Positions 1 through 12,655 of a stretch of DNA of 64,000 bases are shown here, piece by piece. Source of the DNA: Octopus sinensis (Eukaryota). The stretch covers positions 59,458,001 to 59,522,000 of the forward strand of contig NC_043006.1 of NCBI RefSeq assembly GCF_006345805.1, written 5' to 3'. A program made the translations under genes and the position numbers. Position 1 is the first letter of the stretch. Each line of letters starts with the position of its first letter. The notes under the pieces were generated by a model. It was given only the letters and a program-made list of their open reading frames with translations, was not told the DNA's origin and made no database searches.

Positions 1-278
1 AGCACTCCACAGACACGTGTACCCTTAACGTAGTTCTCGGGGATATTCAGCGTGACACAGAGAGTGACAAGGCCGGCCCTTTGAAATACAGGTACAACAG
101 AAACAGGAAGTAAGAGTGAGAGAAAGTTGTGGTGAAAAAGTACAGCAGGGATCACCACTATCCCTGCCGGAGCCTCGTGGACACAGAGAGTGACACTCAC
201 AACGCCCGGTCTGGGAATCGAAACCGCGATCCTATGACCGCGAGTCCGCTGCCCTAACCACTGGGCCATTGCGCCTCC
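1..278 (-). mobile_element. tRNA-derived SINE, family A (head GGAGGCGCAATGGCCCAGTGG), 3' end cut by window edge
   Basis: Reverse complement has A box TGGCCCAGTGG and B box GGTTTCGATTCCC; body matches copies at 14001, 16088 and 44379. Confidence 0.9.
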
Positions 279-960
279 TGTCAAAGAGTTTGCAATATTT
301 ACGAATAGACACGTGAGTTTACTTTGTAAAATTTATTTAAGACGTTTTACATTCAGCCGTGTGTCTAAACATCTTGATAAGTTTTCCTTTCCATTTTCGT
401 CAGTTGATTTCCCTGTGTAACTTGATTTTTGTCTTTGTGTAGCAACTGTTATTTTCTGTTTGCTTACCCCTAGAAAGTACGAAAAATGACTAAATTTGTA
501 TTCAAACTTGGATTTTGTTACATTTATTCGAATCCCAAAGAATCCCGCTCAGCACATGACTATGGTGCTCCTCCACTAATCCCGCCCGTGATCAGAGATA
601 CACTTACTATCAGTCACTAATGGAATCAAATGTTTAGGTTAAGTAACAGAGAAGAAAGTCTGTGGTTTTGAGCAGAATATTTGCTATAACGATAATTTTG
701 CTTCAGCAACTCAACGCTGAATCTGAAATGTAATAGAAAATAGGCCAGTTTGAAAACATTGATGTCCGGGTCTCAAAGGTAAAGTCTGAAGGGAATAGTA
801 GTAATTTCATTTGATTTCTAGATGGAAGCAAATAAATAACACTTTCTGGCCAAAGACAACAAAAGGTAACCATCTTCTACCACAGTGTTTTCACCTGGGC
901 GTGGATCTACAGCAGAATGGCGTAAAAGAAAAGTTTTCTTATTGAGCACAGATGATAAAT

Positions 961-1020
<60 letters not shown>
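961..1020. repeat. (GA)n microsatellite
   Basis: Near-perfect GA run; source of the SLSLSL ORF. Confidence 0.95.
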
Positions 1021-1023
<3 letters not shown>

Positions 1024-2145
1024 TCCATGTTGGAGAATTCTGTTGATAATTTTTCCTTCCCATCTTAGTCGATGTCATTTTCTGCAGTGTAGCCCATGAG
1101 TGAATGATTTTGGAGTACATTAATGTGAGATTTTGTTGCGTGTAGGATCTGAAGAATCATGCTCAAGTGATTTTGTCTTCAGAGAGGCACAAGGTCTATT
1201 TTTCTTTGGCAGAGGCTGGATGTGTAACTGAAAGATAAATCAAGGATATTTGACGTATTTGTGTATTAATGAGGGACAAAACCAAATCAAAGTGTAGAAT
1301 TTACGACTGTGAAAGATTCGGTTTTCCCGCTTTCAGTATCAGCCAATTTAGATGACTGTGAGATCCAAGAAGCGTTCGCGATTGATGACATCAACGAGGC
1401 GTATTTAGACATGAATAATTGTTTTACCATTAAATAGATACAGATTTAGCAGAAGTGTATTCCGAGGATTTGTGTATTGATCAGGCGTAATTACCGGGAA
1501 CGAAACTAACTGAATTTACGTTTGTGAAAGTTTCGTTCTTTGAACTGACGGCATCAGTATGATGGGACGTGTCATGAGAGATGACATCAACGTGGATTAT
1601 TGTGATATATAAATAAATTTCTTGCCATGATAAACATGTATTTAACATAATAATCTCATTTCTTGGACTTGATCATGATAAAGGTTCATTGAGTCAACTA
1701 AAATTTCGCTCCACACCTCTAACAATAAGTATGGTCATATCATATGTGATAGCAATAAGCATGGCCATATCATATGTGATAGTAATTGTTTAATCTTCAA
1801 TCAATGTATTGAACACGTTAGAGATAACACACGACCAACAATCAAAGCAGGCTGCTGTAACTCTATGATAATTGATTAATTTCCGGGTTGTCATCAAATA
1901 TGTAGGTTAGTTAATAATCAATTATTTGAATACTACTTATGTTTATATGATCATCGATTTCACCAACCTGAAATATGTGTCAGTAGATAATGCTAACCAA
2001 ATTCTCACCAAATTTTGGTCTTCGGATTTATTCTTTTTTACTTTTCCTATCCTTCCCAACCACCCACAGAATGTGACCTATTCAGGTTTCTCCGCTTTTC
2101 TCACTATTTTAATTTCGGATATGAAATAATTGCCGTGTAACACTT

Positions 2146-2363
2146 TATTCTTTTCTACTCTAGGCACAAGGACCGAAATTTTGGGGGAAGGGGCCAGTCG
2201 ATTAGATCGACCCCAGGACGCAACTCGTAATTAATTTATCGACCCCGATAGGATGAAAGGCAAAGTCAACCTCGGCGGAATTTGAACTCAGAACATATAG
2301 AGAGACGAAATACTGCTAAGCATTTCGCCCAGCGTGCTAACGTTTCTGCCATCTTGCCGCCTT
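2146..2363 (-). mobile_element. SINE family B (head GGCGGCGAGCTGGCAGAAACGTTAGCA), tail type 2
   Basis: Core GAGTTCAAATTCCGCCGAGGTCGACTTTGCCTTTCATCC is shared with many copies; tail resembles CCCCAAAATTTCGG..GTGCCTAGAGTAGAAAAGAAT. Confidence 0.9.
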
Positions 2364-2630
2364 GTGTGAACGCTTTATAGCTGCTGACTCCCATTATGTT
2401 TTCACACCTGAAATTTCTCATAAAGAGTTGATTAGATGACGCATATTCTTTGTAGAATGTGGTTCCTGAAGTCGAAACTGAAAATAAATTCCTAAGTTTT
2501 CTCACAGATAATCATCTTGCCAGCACTATACTGCTTCCAACGTTCAGTAACAGCCATTTAAAACACGTAAGATAAATTTTATTAAATTTTATATAGTTTA
2601 ATTTCTTATTCTGAATTTAAAATACTCTAG

Positions 2631-2803
2631 GTGAAGGCGCGGGTGCGTGGTAAGAATTTTACTTCCCAAACTCATGGTTGTGTATTCAGTCACAGTGCGT
2701 GGGACCTTGGGCAAGTGATTTCTACGATGGCTTCAGACCGACCAAAACCTCATGAGTGGATTTGCTTGCTGGAAACAGAAAGAAGACCATCGTATGTATT
2801 TAG

Positions 2804-2900
<97 letters not shown>

Positions 2901-2901
2901 A

Positions 2902-2936
<35 letters not shown>

Positions 2937-2954
2937 TAGATAGATAGATAGATG

Positions 2955-3034
<80 letters not shown>

Positions 3035-3035
3035 T
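2631..3035 (+). mobile_element. SINE family C 5' half (CORE-like CCTTGGGCAAGTG) followed by compound (TA)/(CAGA)/(TAGA) microsatellite
   Basis: Head similar to 10291 and 21912; microsatellite starts where other family C copies have their internal repeat. Confidence 0.8.
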
Positions 3036-3099
3036 AGATGTACCCATCATGACCCGTTGGGTTACAGCCCCACCAAGTTCAAAATGTAGATGTGCGGCG

Positions 3100-3600
3100 G
3101 GAAAGGAAAAAATACTATTTCATACAATAAAATTCTTAAATAATATAGTTCTCTTGCTTTTGGTGTGATCACATAAACACGACCAAGTGATTCTTCTTTG
3201 AAAACGTTCAAATGACCTTCAAGGTTTTTTTCCTCGCTTTGTTCTTTGACATTCTTTGTTACTACTGTTCCAAGTGAAATACATGGGTACTTCAGCATAA
3301 AGTAATGTTTTTGTAAAGTCATCATTGATGCACAATCAAAAGAATTTTGCCAATGTTGTTCTCGTATGTCGTTCATTAACAGCCATATCTATCCTCATTA
3401 TTTCTGAGCAATATTCTTTGTTCATCTGTTAGATGAACTTGCAGTCATTTTAGGATTTTCAATTCATGAAGAAGCACCTGAAAAAGTAAGACTTCGACTG
3501 TTTCGGATTGTCCAATAGCTGTTGACAAATTTCGTTATCCTTGTTCATTTGAGCAGTAGCTTGGTCATTTCCTTTCAAAGTGTATTTCATGGCGTACTTA
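3100..3600 (-). pseudogene. Helitron Rep/helicase linker fragment
   Basis: Minus frames give DDFTKTLLYAEVPMYFTW and LGRVYVITPKARELYYLRILL, typical Helitron RepHel motifs; frameshifted. Confidence 0.7.
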
Positions 3601-3609
3601 ATTTACCTC

Positions 3610-3901
3610 AAAAAGCACCATCCGAACGTGGCCGATGCCGGCGCCGCCTTGGCTGGCTTCCGTGCCGGTGGCACGTTAAAAGCACCAACCGATCATGACC
3701 GATGCCAGACCCCCCCCCCCGGCACATGTGCAGGTGGCACGTAAAAAGCACCCACTACACTCGCTGAGTGGTTGGCGTTAGGAAGGGCATCCAGCCGTAG
3801 AAACTCTGCCAGATCAGACTGGAGCATGGTGCAGCCTTCTGGCTTCCCAGACTCCGGTCGAACCGTCCAACCCGTGCTAGCGCGGAAAACGGACGTTAAA
3901 C

Positions 3902-3938
<37 letters not shown>
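3610..3938 (+). mobile_element. RTE-type 3' end / RTE-tailed SINE with (GAT)n tail
   Basis: GGTTGGCGTTAGGAAGGGCATCCAGCCGTAGAAAC...GGACGTTAAACG(ATG)n; internal repeats of GTGGCACGT..AAAAGCACC. Confidence 0.7.
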
Positions 3939-3940
<2 letters not shown>

Positions 3941-4111
3941 TGCTCTTAAAAGAATCATTATAAGGTACAACGCATTTGTTGATATTTATTTTCCCATTCT
4001 TATGAGATTGAACTCCTCCTATTTCAACTGATGTTCTTCCATATAGAGATAGTCTCTCTCTGATTTTCTGCCTTTCGATTAAGACGATGAAGATTAGTGA
4101 TTTATTTTAAA

Positions 4112-4479
4112 CTAGCAGTATCGCCTGGCGTTGCTCGGGTTTGTAAGGGAAATAACTATATTAGCATTATTAGAGAGTTATAGCCAAAAGATAGCAAAAA
4201 AATGCATTAAAAATGGTTGACTCATCGTAGACATTTTTAGAGAGTTACTTCCCTTATATAATAGCGAAAAAATGCATTAAAATGGAAAAAAATGATGGTA
4301 AATTTTTTTTAAATCGTAGACTCATCGTTGACGCACGCTAATACCCATAAGGGCTCGATATGAATCACGACTATAAGATACCCGGTTTTGGTTAAACTGC
4401 ACCGCAAAATGTGGGAGTAGTTAGGAATCTAAATCGTAGGAGACAGACACTCACACAACTTCACTTTTATATATAAAGA
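4112..4479 (-). mobile_element. Non-autonomous Helitron, complete
   Basis: Minus strand starts TC (A|TCTTTATATATAAAAG) and ends with hairpin CCCGAGCAACGCCAGG plus CTAG|T; second copy at 45043. Confidence 0.8.
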
Positions 4480-4788
4480 TAAAATACTAATTTTCTCCTT
4501 TAAGAAAAAGCAATATCAAATAAACGTGATGCCAAAAATATTGAATAAAAATATAGGGAGAATTTCTATTTTTCAGTTCACGGCATTCTGAAAGTTGTAT
4601 GAATGATTGAGAAGAAAAAAAAAAGGAAGAAAAAAGGACAGACAGCGATCATTCGACGACTCGTTGAAGCGTCGCCGCCAAAATCGACATAATCAACTCC
4701 ATTTTTTTTAATAAAGTGGGGTATGACTATTTTATTCGTGATATTTATCGTCTTAATCAAATGGCAGGAGAAAAAACTTTGGAGTTTT

Positions 4789-4791
<3 letters not shown>

Positions 4792-4840
<49 letters not shown>

Positions 4841-4858
4841 TATATGTATGTATATATA

Positions 4859-4924
<66 letters not shown>

Positions 4925-5005
4925 GTATATGTATATATGTATTATATATATGTGTGTGCGTGTGCGTGCGTATGTGTGTGTGTATGTATATATGTATATA
5001 TGCGA
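4792..5005. repeat. Compound (CA)n/(TA)n/(TG)n microsatellite
   Basis: Directly visible. Confidence 0.95.
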
Positions 5006-5232
5006 GAAATTGAGGTTATAAGAGGTAATGGTGTCATTGAGACCCAAAAGTGTCAGGTAATGCTGAATAGGTGCTATAGGTAGACCATAGTTAAGTTCTA
5101 GGGTCAGTAGTTTTGCGAATAAGGGGTTAAACGTTGGTCATATGTCAGAGTGTGTATATAAGAATTTTTTGCGTACTGAGATAAAAAAAAAACCCAAGGC
5201 TGTGTAGATATTAGAACATTTATAGATAGAAG

Positions 5233-5284
5233 GTCTTACAGCTGTTTCTAGGATATTTATTAATTATATCCTTTCATCGGAGAC
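5233..5284 (-). ncRNA. Minimal type I hammerhead ribozyme motif (PLE-type)
   Basis: Minus: GTCT CCGATGA A AGGATAT-aattaataa-ATATCCT A GAAAC AGCT GT A AGAC; 4-bp stem I, 7-bp stem II, palindromic stem III ACAGCTGT, GUA site. Confidence 0.75.
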
Positions 5285-5862
5285 AGTGTGACAGGGTGGT
5301 TAAGTAATAGTTAGTTTATATAGGATACAAAATAGAGAGTGCGGTGGAGGAAAGAAAATGGATGTAAGATATGTAGGGATATTGAAGTTGTAGATCCATT
5401 TTTTAGGCAAAATGATATATATGTAAGATTCCAATACCTTATGAGTAAAATCCAACAGAATTTAAAATGGGTCCGTCCAAATATAGAGTTTATACACAAT
5501 GTAAGTGTTCCTGTGCTCGGGAGTTTAACCTTGTTTTTCTTGATACCTAATGACACAAATGATATCACAATATCCCTCTATCTTGGTTACCAAATAATCT
5601 GAAATTGGGTTCTTTTTTAACAGATGAAGTTTAGCAAAGCTAATTTCACATCTCACTCCATTCTTATTTTACACTTCAAGAAACACTTCAAGAATCTGAG
5701 AAAGTTTTCACCTGAGAAACAACGAATTCAAATCGGTTCCAATCCCGACTTTCTCGGCAGAGCCTTCAGCAAAAATTGACTTTAATAGTATATGCATTAA
5801 TAACATGATTATTGTTATTCTTCAACACACTCTCTTCTTCCAGGTTAGTACACACATATATA

Positions 5863-5907
<45 letters not shown>

Positions 5908-8035
5908 ACCCTCTTAACACTCTGCGCTCAGACAATATCAGTTCTTATCACCGCCTCGATATGAAATTCCAGACACTCTGGAACACAGACATCAAATATA
6001 TCATTTCACAGCAAAAGACAAAAACCGGCTTTTTTTCTACAATATTAAGACATAATCCTTATGTAAATAAATCATTGCACCTCACTCTTTAAATACATGA
6101 AAAATAAACAACCAAATTCTCTAGAAATGATAATTTTTTGACTGTCGCTCAAAACGGAAATTTGAAGCTTTTTGTTTTCTCATCAGAAAATTCCTCTTTC
6201 CATTAAACAATGCTATAGACTGCAAGGCGCTTATCTTGTCGTTCATAGCATTTACAATATTTACCTCTACAGAATCAATACAGAATGGCAAGAACAATCG
6301 ACTGTGCGTTTTCTTTCTTAGGAATTAGAATATACGCTCGTTGAGAACTTTTGGTTGTATTTTAATTGCTGATTTCTCTTATACCAAATGTCGCGACATT
6401 TCTAATTTCAATCAATGAGTTTATTTATTATCATATAGATCATTCCGTTAGTGGAAACTGAAAAGATTTATTGCTTTATCACATGGAATACATAGAAAAA
6501 TAAAAGTTAATTCGTTTCAGTACTAGTTCCAATAATTCAAAACGTTCTGGCTATATTAGGAATCAAAAGTGACTATTCCAGTTTTGTTAAAGTTTGTCGG
6601 TAAGTTTGCCCAAGCTGTTATCGAAGAACGGAGAGAAAAAAATCGAACGTTAATATTTTATATTTATTTAATACTATAGAACATTCTAAAGTTTGTTTTT
6701 AGTCAGAGTCTGTTACGGTTTGCTTTATTTATCATGACAAATCTTACATACAGACTTGTTGGGCATATAAGCACTCGTGTTTATATCGCTAGTGGGAGAC
6801 AATTGTCTGCTTTTGCCGCTGTAACTACCAGATCACGTAATTTTGATTTTCCTTGGCCTTGTCAAAAAGAGGTGTCCGCGATTAGAAATAACAGTGAGTC
6901 TTCTGTCACCGATATATAGAATCTCAGTATCTATTCAGGCACGGGTGCCGCAAATAGCTAGTAGACTTATTTTTAAAATAACTAACGGATGCAGAGGCTG
7001 TATCATATATAAAAAATAACTAACGGATGCAGAAGGTAGTATTTATCTCCACTTAAAAGTGTATGTTGTGTTAGAACACAGAATACTGCATAATTTAGCA
7101 TGAGAGGACCTCTCATATGGACTTGTGGTGCATATAAGTGGGCGTGTGACACGAAATATCAACAAGACAATCACAAAAGTTAATCAATGTCTCCGAAATT
7201 GTTTCCCATTATGAATGCTGAGGGGGTCCTATGTAGATAGACTGACAAACTTAGAAGTCCTTAGTCGACCATATATCATCATAAAGTTTCTTAACAACAT
7301 TAAAAGACAAAATGATCAGTTCAATGAACTCGACACCATATGAGATTAAAAAATACTCACAGCGCTTGTAGACAACTCAGTAACTGAAAGGAAAGAAAAA
7401 GCCGAGGAAGAAAGATGTTGCTAATAGCAACACCTTCCCTCTTTCGAGTACCGTATATAATTGTGAAGCACGAGTATAGGTATTTTATGGCATTAACGAG
7501 GAAGACCGATTTTTGTTACTTAGTTTTTGCAATATTGTAGATGAGACATCGCCAACAGAATAGGCCTTGCAATTTGTGATAGCAAGGCCTAAGCTGTTTC
7601 AAATTATGTAGTTTGAGATTTAATGATTATATGTTGCCTCCAAACTACTTCAGTTTTTCTGATATTTACTCTATCTATTTTCTGGGGTGTGTTGCTTTGT
7701 AAAAATGAAATAAAAATTTTTATTTGACAGATCCAACTAACTGAAGATGTTTGGAATTTTTCCCCGTTGTTTCATATAACATTATTTTAGTAAGTACACG
7801 TTTCCTTGGCTCAGTCATTATATTCGATTCCTTTGAAAGACGATCCAAGAAAATATATAAAAAGCCATATCAATCCATAAAGAAGGTAAATTGGCGTTAA
7901 GTTCTATTCCTTTCCTTTGATTTAGCCATCACGATTAAGGCAATTTTGAGAAACTACCTAAAAATGATGACACTAATCTTGTTAAAATTATTTGAATAAG
8001 AGAGTGTTGTAGTTCGCTTGAAGCATTGTGTATTG

Positions 8036-8390
8036 TTTGTAAAGAATAACAAGTTTTGAATGGTACAACAATGCACTATAATATAGAAAATGGGCTATTT
8101 ACCTGTTGTAATTTAATCATCCATAGTCTGATATGATATTTCGGAATAATATTCCTTTTCCAGATATTCTTAGATGGAGTCGCTGCTATAATCGGTTTTC
8201 TAACGGTTTTTCTTTTTAAGCCGTTAGAAAACCGATTATAGCAGCGACTCCATCTAAGAATATCTAATGAAGGAATATTATTCCAAAATATATCAGACTA
8301 TGGATGACTAAATTACAACAGGTATATAGTCCATTTTTTTGTATTATAGTGCATTGTTATACCATTTAAAACTTGTTATTTTTTGCAAAA
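8036..8390. repeat. Long foldback palindrome (arms about 170 bp, 14-nt loop) with a degenerate hammerhead in each arm
   Basis: 8162-8206 and 8221-8265 are perfectly complementary and the outer arms are diverged; HHR-like motifs at 8131-8167 (-) and 8260-8294 (+). Confidence 0.9.
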
Positions 8391-8765
8391 GATAGCATTT
8401 GATGTGGGTACAAAATGTGGAGAAACTATAGATGATACAACATTGCTATGACTCTGGTCACCTGAGGATGAGCAAGTGTACGGCTATTTCTGAATCCATA
8501 TTACTGTAATAAAATATATACTTTACGTAACGTTCAGCAATTAACTGTTGATAGTGATACGTGCGTTGAAACAATTGTAATGACCTGTATTAAAGTCTGT
8601 TCAATCCATCTTCTGGTATTAAAATTTATTTGTTTAAACTCTACAGATATTTGTGATTACCAAATGTATATCCAGTAAAAGGGAAAGTCCTTCTGTATGA
8701 TAACATTTGGTAGCTGGCACCAGGGGATGAACTTTGGAAAGCACACCATAGGTTTTATTACTGTA

Positions 8766-8796
<31 letters not shown>

Positions 8797-9533
8797 ATCT
8801 GTGTCTGTGCGAATTTCGATCGTACTGTTTTACTGTAACTTATAGTTCAATTCTCCTTTATTGCGTGTATTACTAATGTTATCACTATGTTGTAGTGTCA
8901 CTGCAAATATACTCCAATGTGCAGCAGAAACCGTTCGATGCGACTTGACCATCCGTTGTCCTGACAACAGTTTTCCACGTTGAGCGAATGATTCTAACTC
9001 GCTGGCGGACCCACAAGTCCCTACAAGTACATTTAGAATATCCGAGTTGCAGTCTACGTAGTATGACATTTTCTCAGAGATTAGTTGAGTTAGCTACGAA
9101 CATTAAAAATTTAGCTGTTTGTTATCATGGGTTGTCTAAATATAAAATGTTGCTCCTAAGTGTATGAATATGCTGCTGAGAACAAAATTCACTTATCTGC
9201 AAACTTGAGAAATAAGTAAGGAAGATGAAGCATTCTGGTTGGCATTTTACAAAGTACTGAACCTTGCAGTTCATGCTCCAGAAACAACACACTTAGCATT
9301 CAGTCGGCACCCAGTTGTCTAATTTTATAGCAATATAGACATGAGTCGTTAATATTTCCAAGTAAAAGACATTTGGACGAAACAAGTTGCACCACTGTAC
9401 AAGAGCCTAGTAGATTTATTACTGAATAATAAAATGATCAAGTCGACTCAAATAGGATAATCTGTCAATACATTGGTTTCAGTAAACATGTTTGGTGCAT
9501 TACTGACCTTCTGTCAAATATGATGTGTATTAA

Positions 9534-10111
9534 GGCGGCGAGCTGGCAGAAACGTTAGCACGCCGGGTGAAATGCTTAGCAGTATTTCGTCTGCCGTTAC
9601 GTTCTGAGTTCAAATTCCGCCGAGGTCGACTTTGCCTTTCATCCTTTCGGGATCACACTGGGGTCGATATAATCGACTTAAATTGTTTGTCTGTCCTTGT
9701 TTCTCCCTTCTGTGTTTAGCCTCTTGTGGGTAGTAAAGAAATAGGTATTTCGTCTGCCGCTACGTTCTGAGTTCAAATTCTGCCGAGGTCGACTTTGCCT
9801 TTCATTCTTTCGGCGTCGATTATATAAGTACCAGTTACACACTGGGGTCGATATAATCGACTTAATCCGTTTGTCTGTCCTTGTTTGTCCCCTCTGTATT
9901 TAGCCCCTTGTGGGTAGTAAAGAAATAGGTATTTCGTCTGCCGTTACGTTCTGAGTTCAAATTCCGCCGAGGTCGACTTTTCCTTTCATCCTCTCGGGGT
10001 CGATTAAATAAGTACCAGTTATGCACTGAGGTCGATATAATCGACATAATCTGTTTGTCAGTCCTTGTTTGTCCCCTTTGTGTATAGCCCCTTGTGGGCA
10101 GTAAAGAAATA
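9534..10111 (+). mobile_element. SINE B tandem array: one head plus three bodies
   Basis: Head at 9534; junctions AAAGAAATA|GGTATTTCG at 9744 and 9928; full unit about 184 bp, first unit internally deleted. Confidence 0.9.
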
Positions 10112-10290
10112 AAAATACGATGTATATTTCCTTTGAGGCGACCCAGTAATATACAGACGGACTTCTACCGAAGCAGTGTTTAGATCCTTTGATACACTTT
10201 AAACTGCAAGGTTTTGTTCATGATGACAAAACGAAATTATCACCTGAGACAGTGGACAGAACAAAATGTTCTTGTGGCTGTTTGGAGATG

Positions 10291-10775
10291 CAAGCGTGGC
10301 TGTGTGGTAAGAAGTGTGCTTCGCAACCAGACGGTTCCGGGTTCACTCTCACTGCGTGACACTTTGGACAGGTGTCTTCTACTATAGCCTCAGACCAACC
10401 AAAACCTTACGTTTGGATTTGGTAGAGGGAAACCGAAAGAAGCTCTCCTCTGTGTGTGTGTGTGGGGGGTGTATGTGTGTGTGTGTGCGTGTGTGTGTGT
10501 TTGTGTGTGTGCGCGCGCGCGCGTGCGCATGAACGTGCTGCATGTGCGTGTGTGTCTTTGTACTTGTGTTTGTTCACCACCAACAGCTGCCGGTGTTTAC
10601 GTCCCCTAACTTTGCGGTTCAGCAAATGAGACTGATAGAATAAGTATCAAGCTTAAAAAAAAGAAAATAAGTACTGGACTCGATTATTTCGACTAAAATT
10701 CCTTCAACACAGTGCCCCAGCATGGTCACAGTCTAATGACTAAATCAAGTAAAAGATAAACGATAAAAGATAAGA
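10291..10775 (+). mobile_element. SINE family C, full length with internal (GT)n
   Basis: Head GCGTGGCTGTGTGGTAAGAAG, CORE-like block, internal microsatellite about 10450-10560, tail ending AGTAAAAGATAA repeats. Confidence 0.85.
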
Positions 10776-10942
10776 TAGTTTGTTATAAGAGTTTCTGTAC
10801 GAGTTATGAGTTTCTTCACACTTTTACACTTCTGTATTAAAGTGTTTGTCTTTCAGTTTTATACGTGTGCCTTCATGCCATTCCTTATGTATATTCTAAT
10901 GCGAGCATGTCTCATGTATGTATGTATGTATGTATGTATGTA

Positions 10943-11112
10943 TAGTTAATCCAAAGAGAAAACACAACAACGCGAGGACGTGGAACAAGTATAGTGTTAT
11001 TGGGCGCTCAGGAAAAGAAAGAAGGAGGAGGATTTAACGTTTCGAGTGGAGCTCTTCGTCAGAAACATAGAAAAAGGAATGGTCCAAGGAAGGGAAGACA
11101 CGGACAAAGAAA
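10943..11112 (-). mobile_element. Short hammerhead-bearing element (PLE pseudo-LTR-like, family F1)
   Basis: Ends GGATTAACTA like the copy at 48323; flanked by (TATG)n and (GT)n. Confidence 0.7.
11032..11066 (-). ncRNA. Minimal hammerhead ribozyme motif
   Basis: Minus: GTTT CTGACGA A GAGC-tcc-ACTC GAAAC GT T AAAT; canonical CUGANGA and GAAA; stem III lacks a loop (palindromic AACGTT). Confidence 0.75.
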
Positions 11113-11154
11113 ATCGCCAACGATACACACGTAGTCACATATTGAATGTATGTA

Positions 11155-11281
11155 TTGTGTGTGTGTGTGTGTGTGTGTGTGCGTGCGTGTGTGTGTGTGC
11201 GTGCGTGCGTGTGTGCGCGCGTGTGTGTGTGTGTGCGTGCGTGTGTGTGTGTGTGCGTGCGTGCGTGTGTGTGTGTGTGCG

Positions 11282-11320
<39 letters not shown>

Positions 11321-11341
11321 GTGTGTGCGTGTGTGTGTGTG
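11155..11341. repeat. (GT)n/(GC) compound microsatellite
   Basis: Directly visible. Confidence 0.95.
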
Positions 11342-12203
11342 TAAGCCCGAATGAACGTATTTATGTACGTTTGCAATTTTTTTTCTTCTTTAATTCTTTC
11401 AAATATATTAATATTGGGAGAACGACAGCAAGTATTTTTCCATAAATTTTTTTAATTGTAAATTAATACAATATACCGCCTTGTCTACATCATTTCATAA
11501 ACTTCTAGACTTTAGATTAGTTTTCCAGTTCGTATCATATAAGAAGCGTGTACAGTACTAGAATGTGTTATGTGGTGTAACATCAGCTGATTCTTTTCCT
11601 TATTGTGACTAAATATCAAAATACACGGAGAAAGGTGATAATAATAAAGCACTAAATAAATCCTAAACGCATGTACAAGAAGTATTTTAATAATCGGAAC
11701 CAAACAGCGAAGAAATAATGTTGCATATCTGTGAATTTGTAAGAAAAGAAAAAAAGAGAAAGAAAAAGCAGCATTCATCTTAACATCGTGTGAGCAGTAA
11801 ATTTCTTCCTGCAAGTGTCTCTAAAATGTAGACTCAATTACAAGGGAAACAACTCTGAAAGCATACTTAGGCAGGGGAAGCAACTCAATTTTCGGAATTG
11901 TTTTATGCATTTATTTTACGATTATTATTTACCTTCGTTCGCATTTTATATACTTACACTCCCCCAAGTATGATATTTTGCGCTATGCCTACCCCCAAAA
12001 AGTCCCCCACCAACACCCCTTTAAACCTGCCTAAATGTATAAATGCCAATACAATTCTTGTTAACTAGCTTCCTGAAGATTTCTCTTGAATGAAACAGTT
12101 CTAGTCCTGTAGAAGCTCCTTCTATATAATAAATTAATTTTACTCTGCTATGTATTGAGTATCTTATTTACTGTGGTTAACCCCGAATCAACCCGGGACC
12201 TAC

Positions 12204-12234
<31 letters not shown>

Positions 12235-12235
12235 C

Positions 12236-12655
12236 CCTTTTACTCTGCTACTTGTTTCAGTCATTTGAGTGCGGCCATGCTGGAGGACCGCCTTTAGTCG
12301 AATAAATCGACCCCAGGGCTTATTCCCTGTAAGCCTAGTACTTTTTCTATCGGTCTCTTTTGCCGAACCGCTAGATTACGCGGACGAAAACACATCACCA
12401 TCGGTTGTCAAGCGTTGTGTGTGTGTGTGTGCGGGGGGGGACAAACAGACACACCACCATATACACACACATACATATATATATACATATATACGACGGG
12501 CTTCTTTCAGTTTCCGTCTACCAAATCCACTCACAAGGCTTTGGTCGACCCTAGGCTATAGTAGAAGACACTTGCCCAAGTTGCCACGCAGTGGGAATGA
12601 ACCCGCAAGCATGTGGTTGGGTGCAAGCTACTTAACCACACAGCCACTCCTTCGC
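12236..12655 (-). mobile_element. SINE family C, full length
   Basis: Reverse complement of the head at about 12560-12655, internal CA/TA repeat, tail at 12236-12420. Confidence 0.85.

Noticed and set aside
707-778. AG..GT-bounded exon candidate
   Set aside because: It has stops in all three frames and overlaps a repeat also seen inverted near 51830.
1725-1790. 30-bp tandem duplication; similar short duplications at about 6975-7033 and 22745-22808
   Set aside because: Ordinary slippage-type duplications with no further structure.
2508-2566. Candidate 59-nt exon (CAG|..|GTAAGA), also 7731-7789 and a terminal candidate at 4577
   Set aside because: Splice signals are plausible, but the phases do not chain into a recognisable protein and no homology is evident.
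7561-7660. 10-bp hairpin TAGGCCTTGC/GCAAGGCCTA and a nearby CTGAAG..GAAACAGCT on minus
   Set aside because: Spacing and stem III do not fit a hammerhead, and short hairpins are expected by chance.
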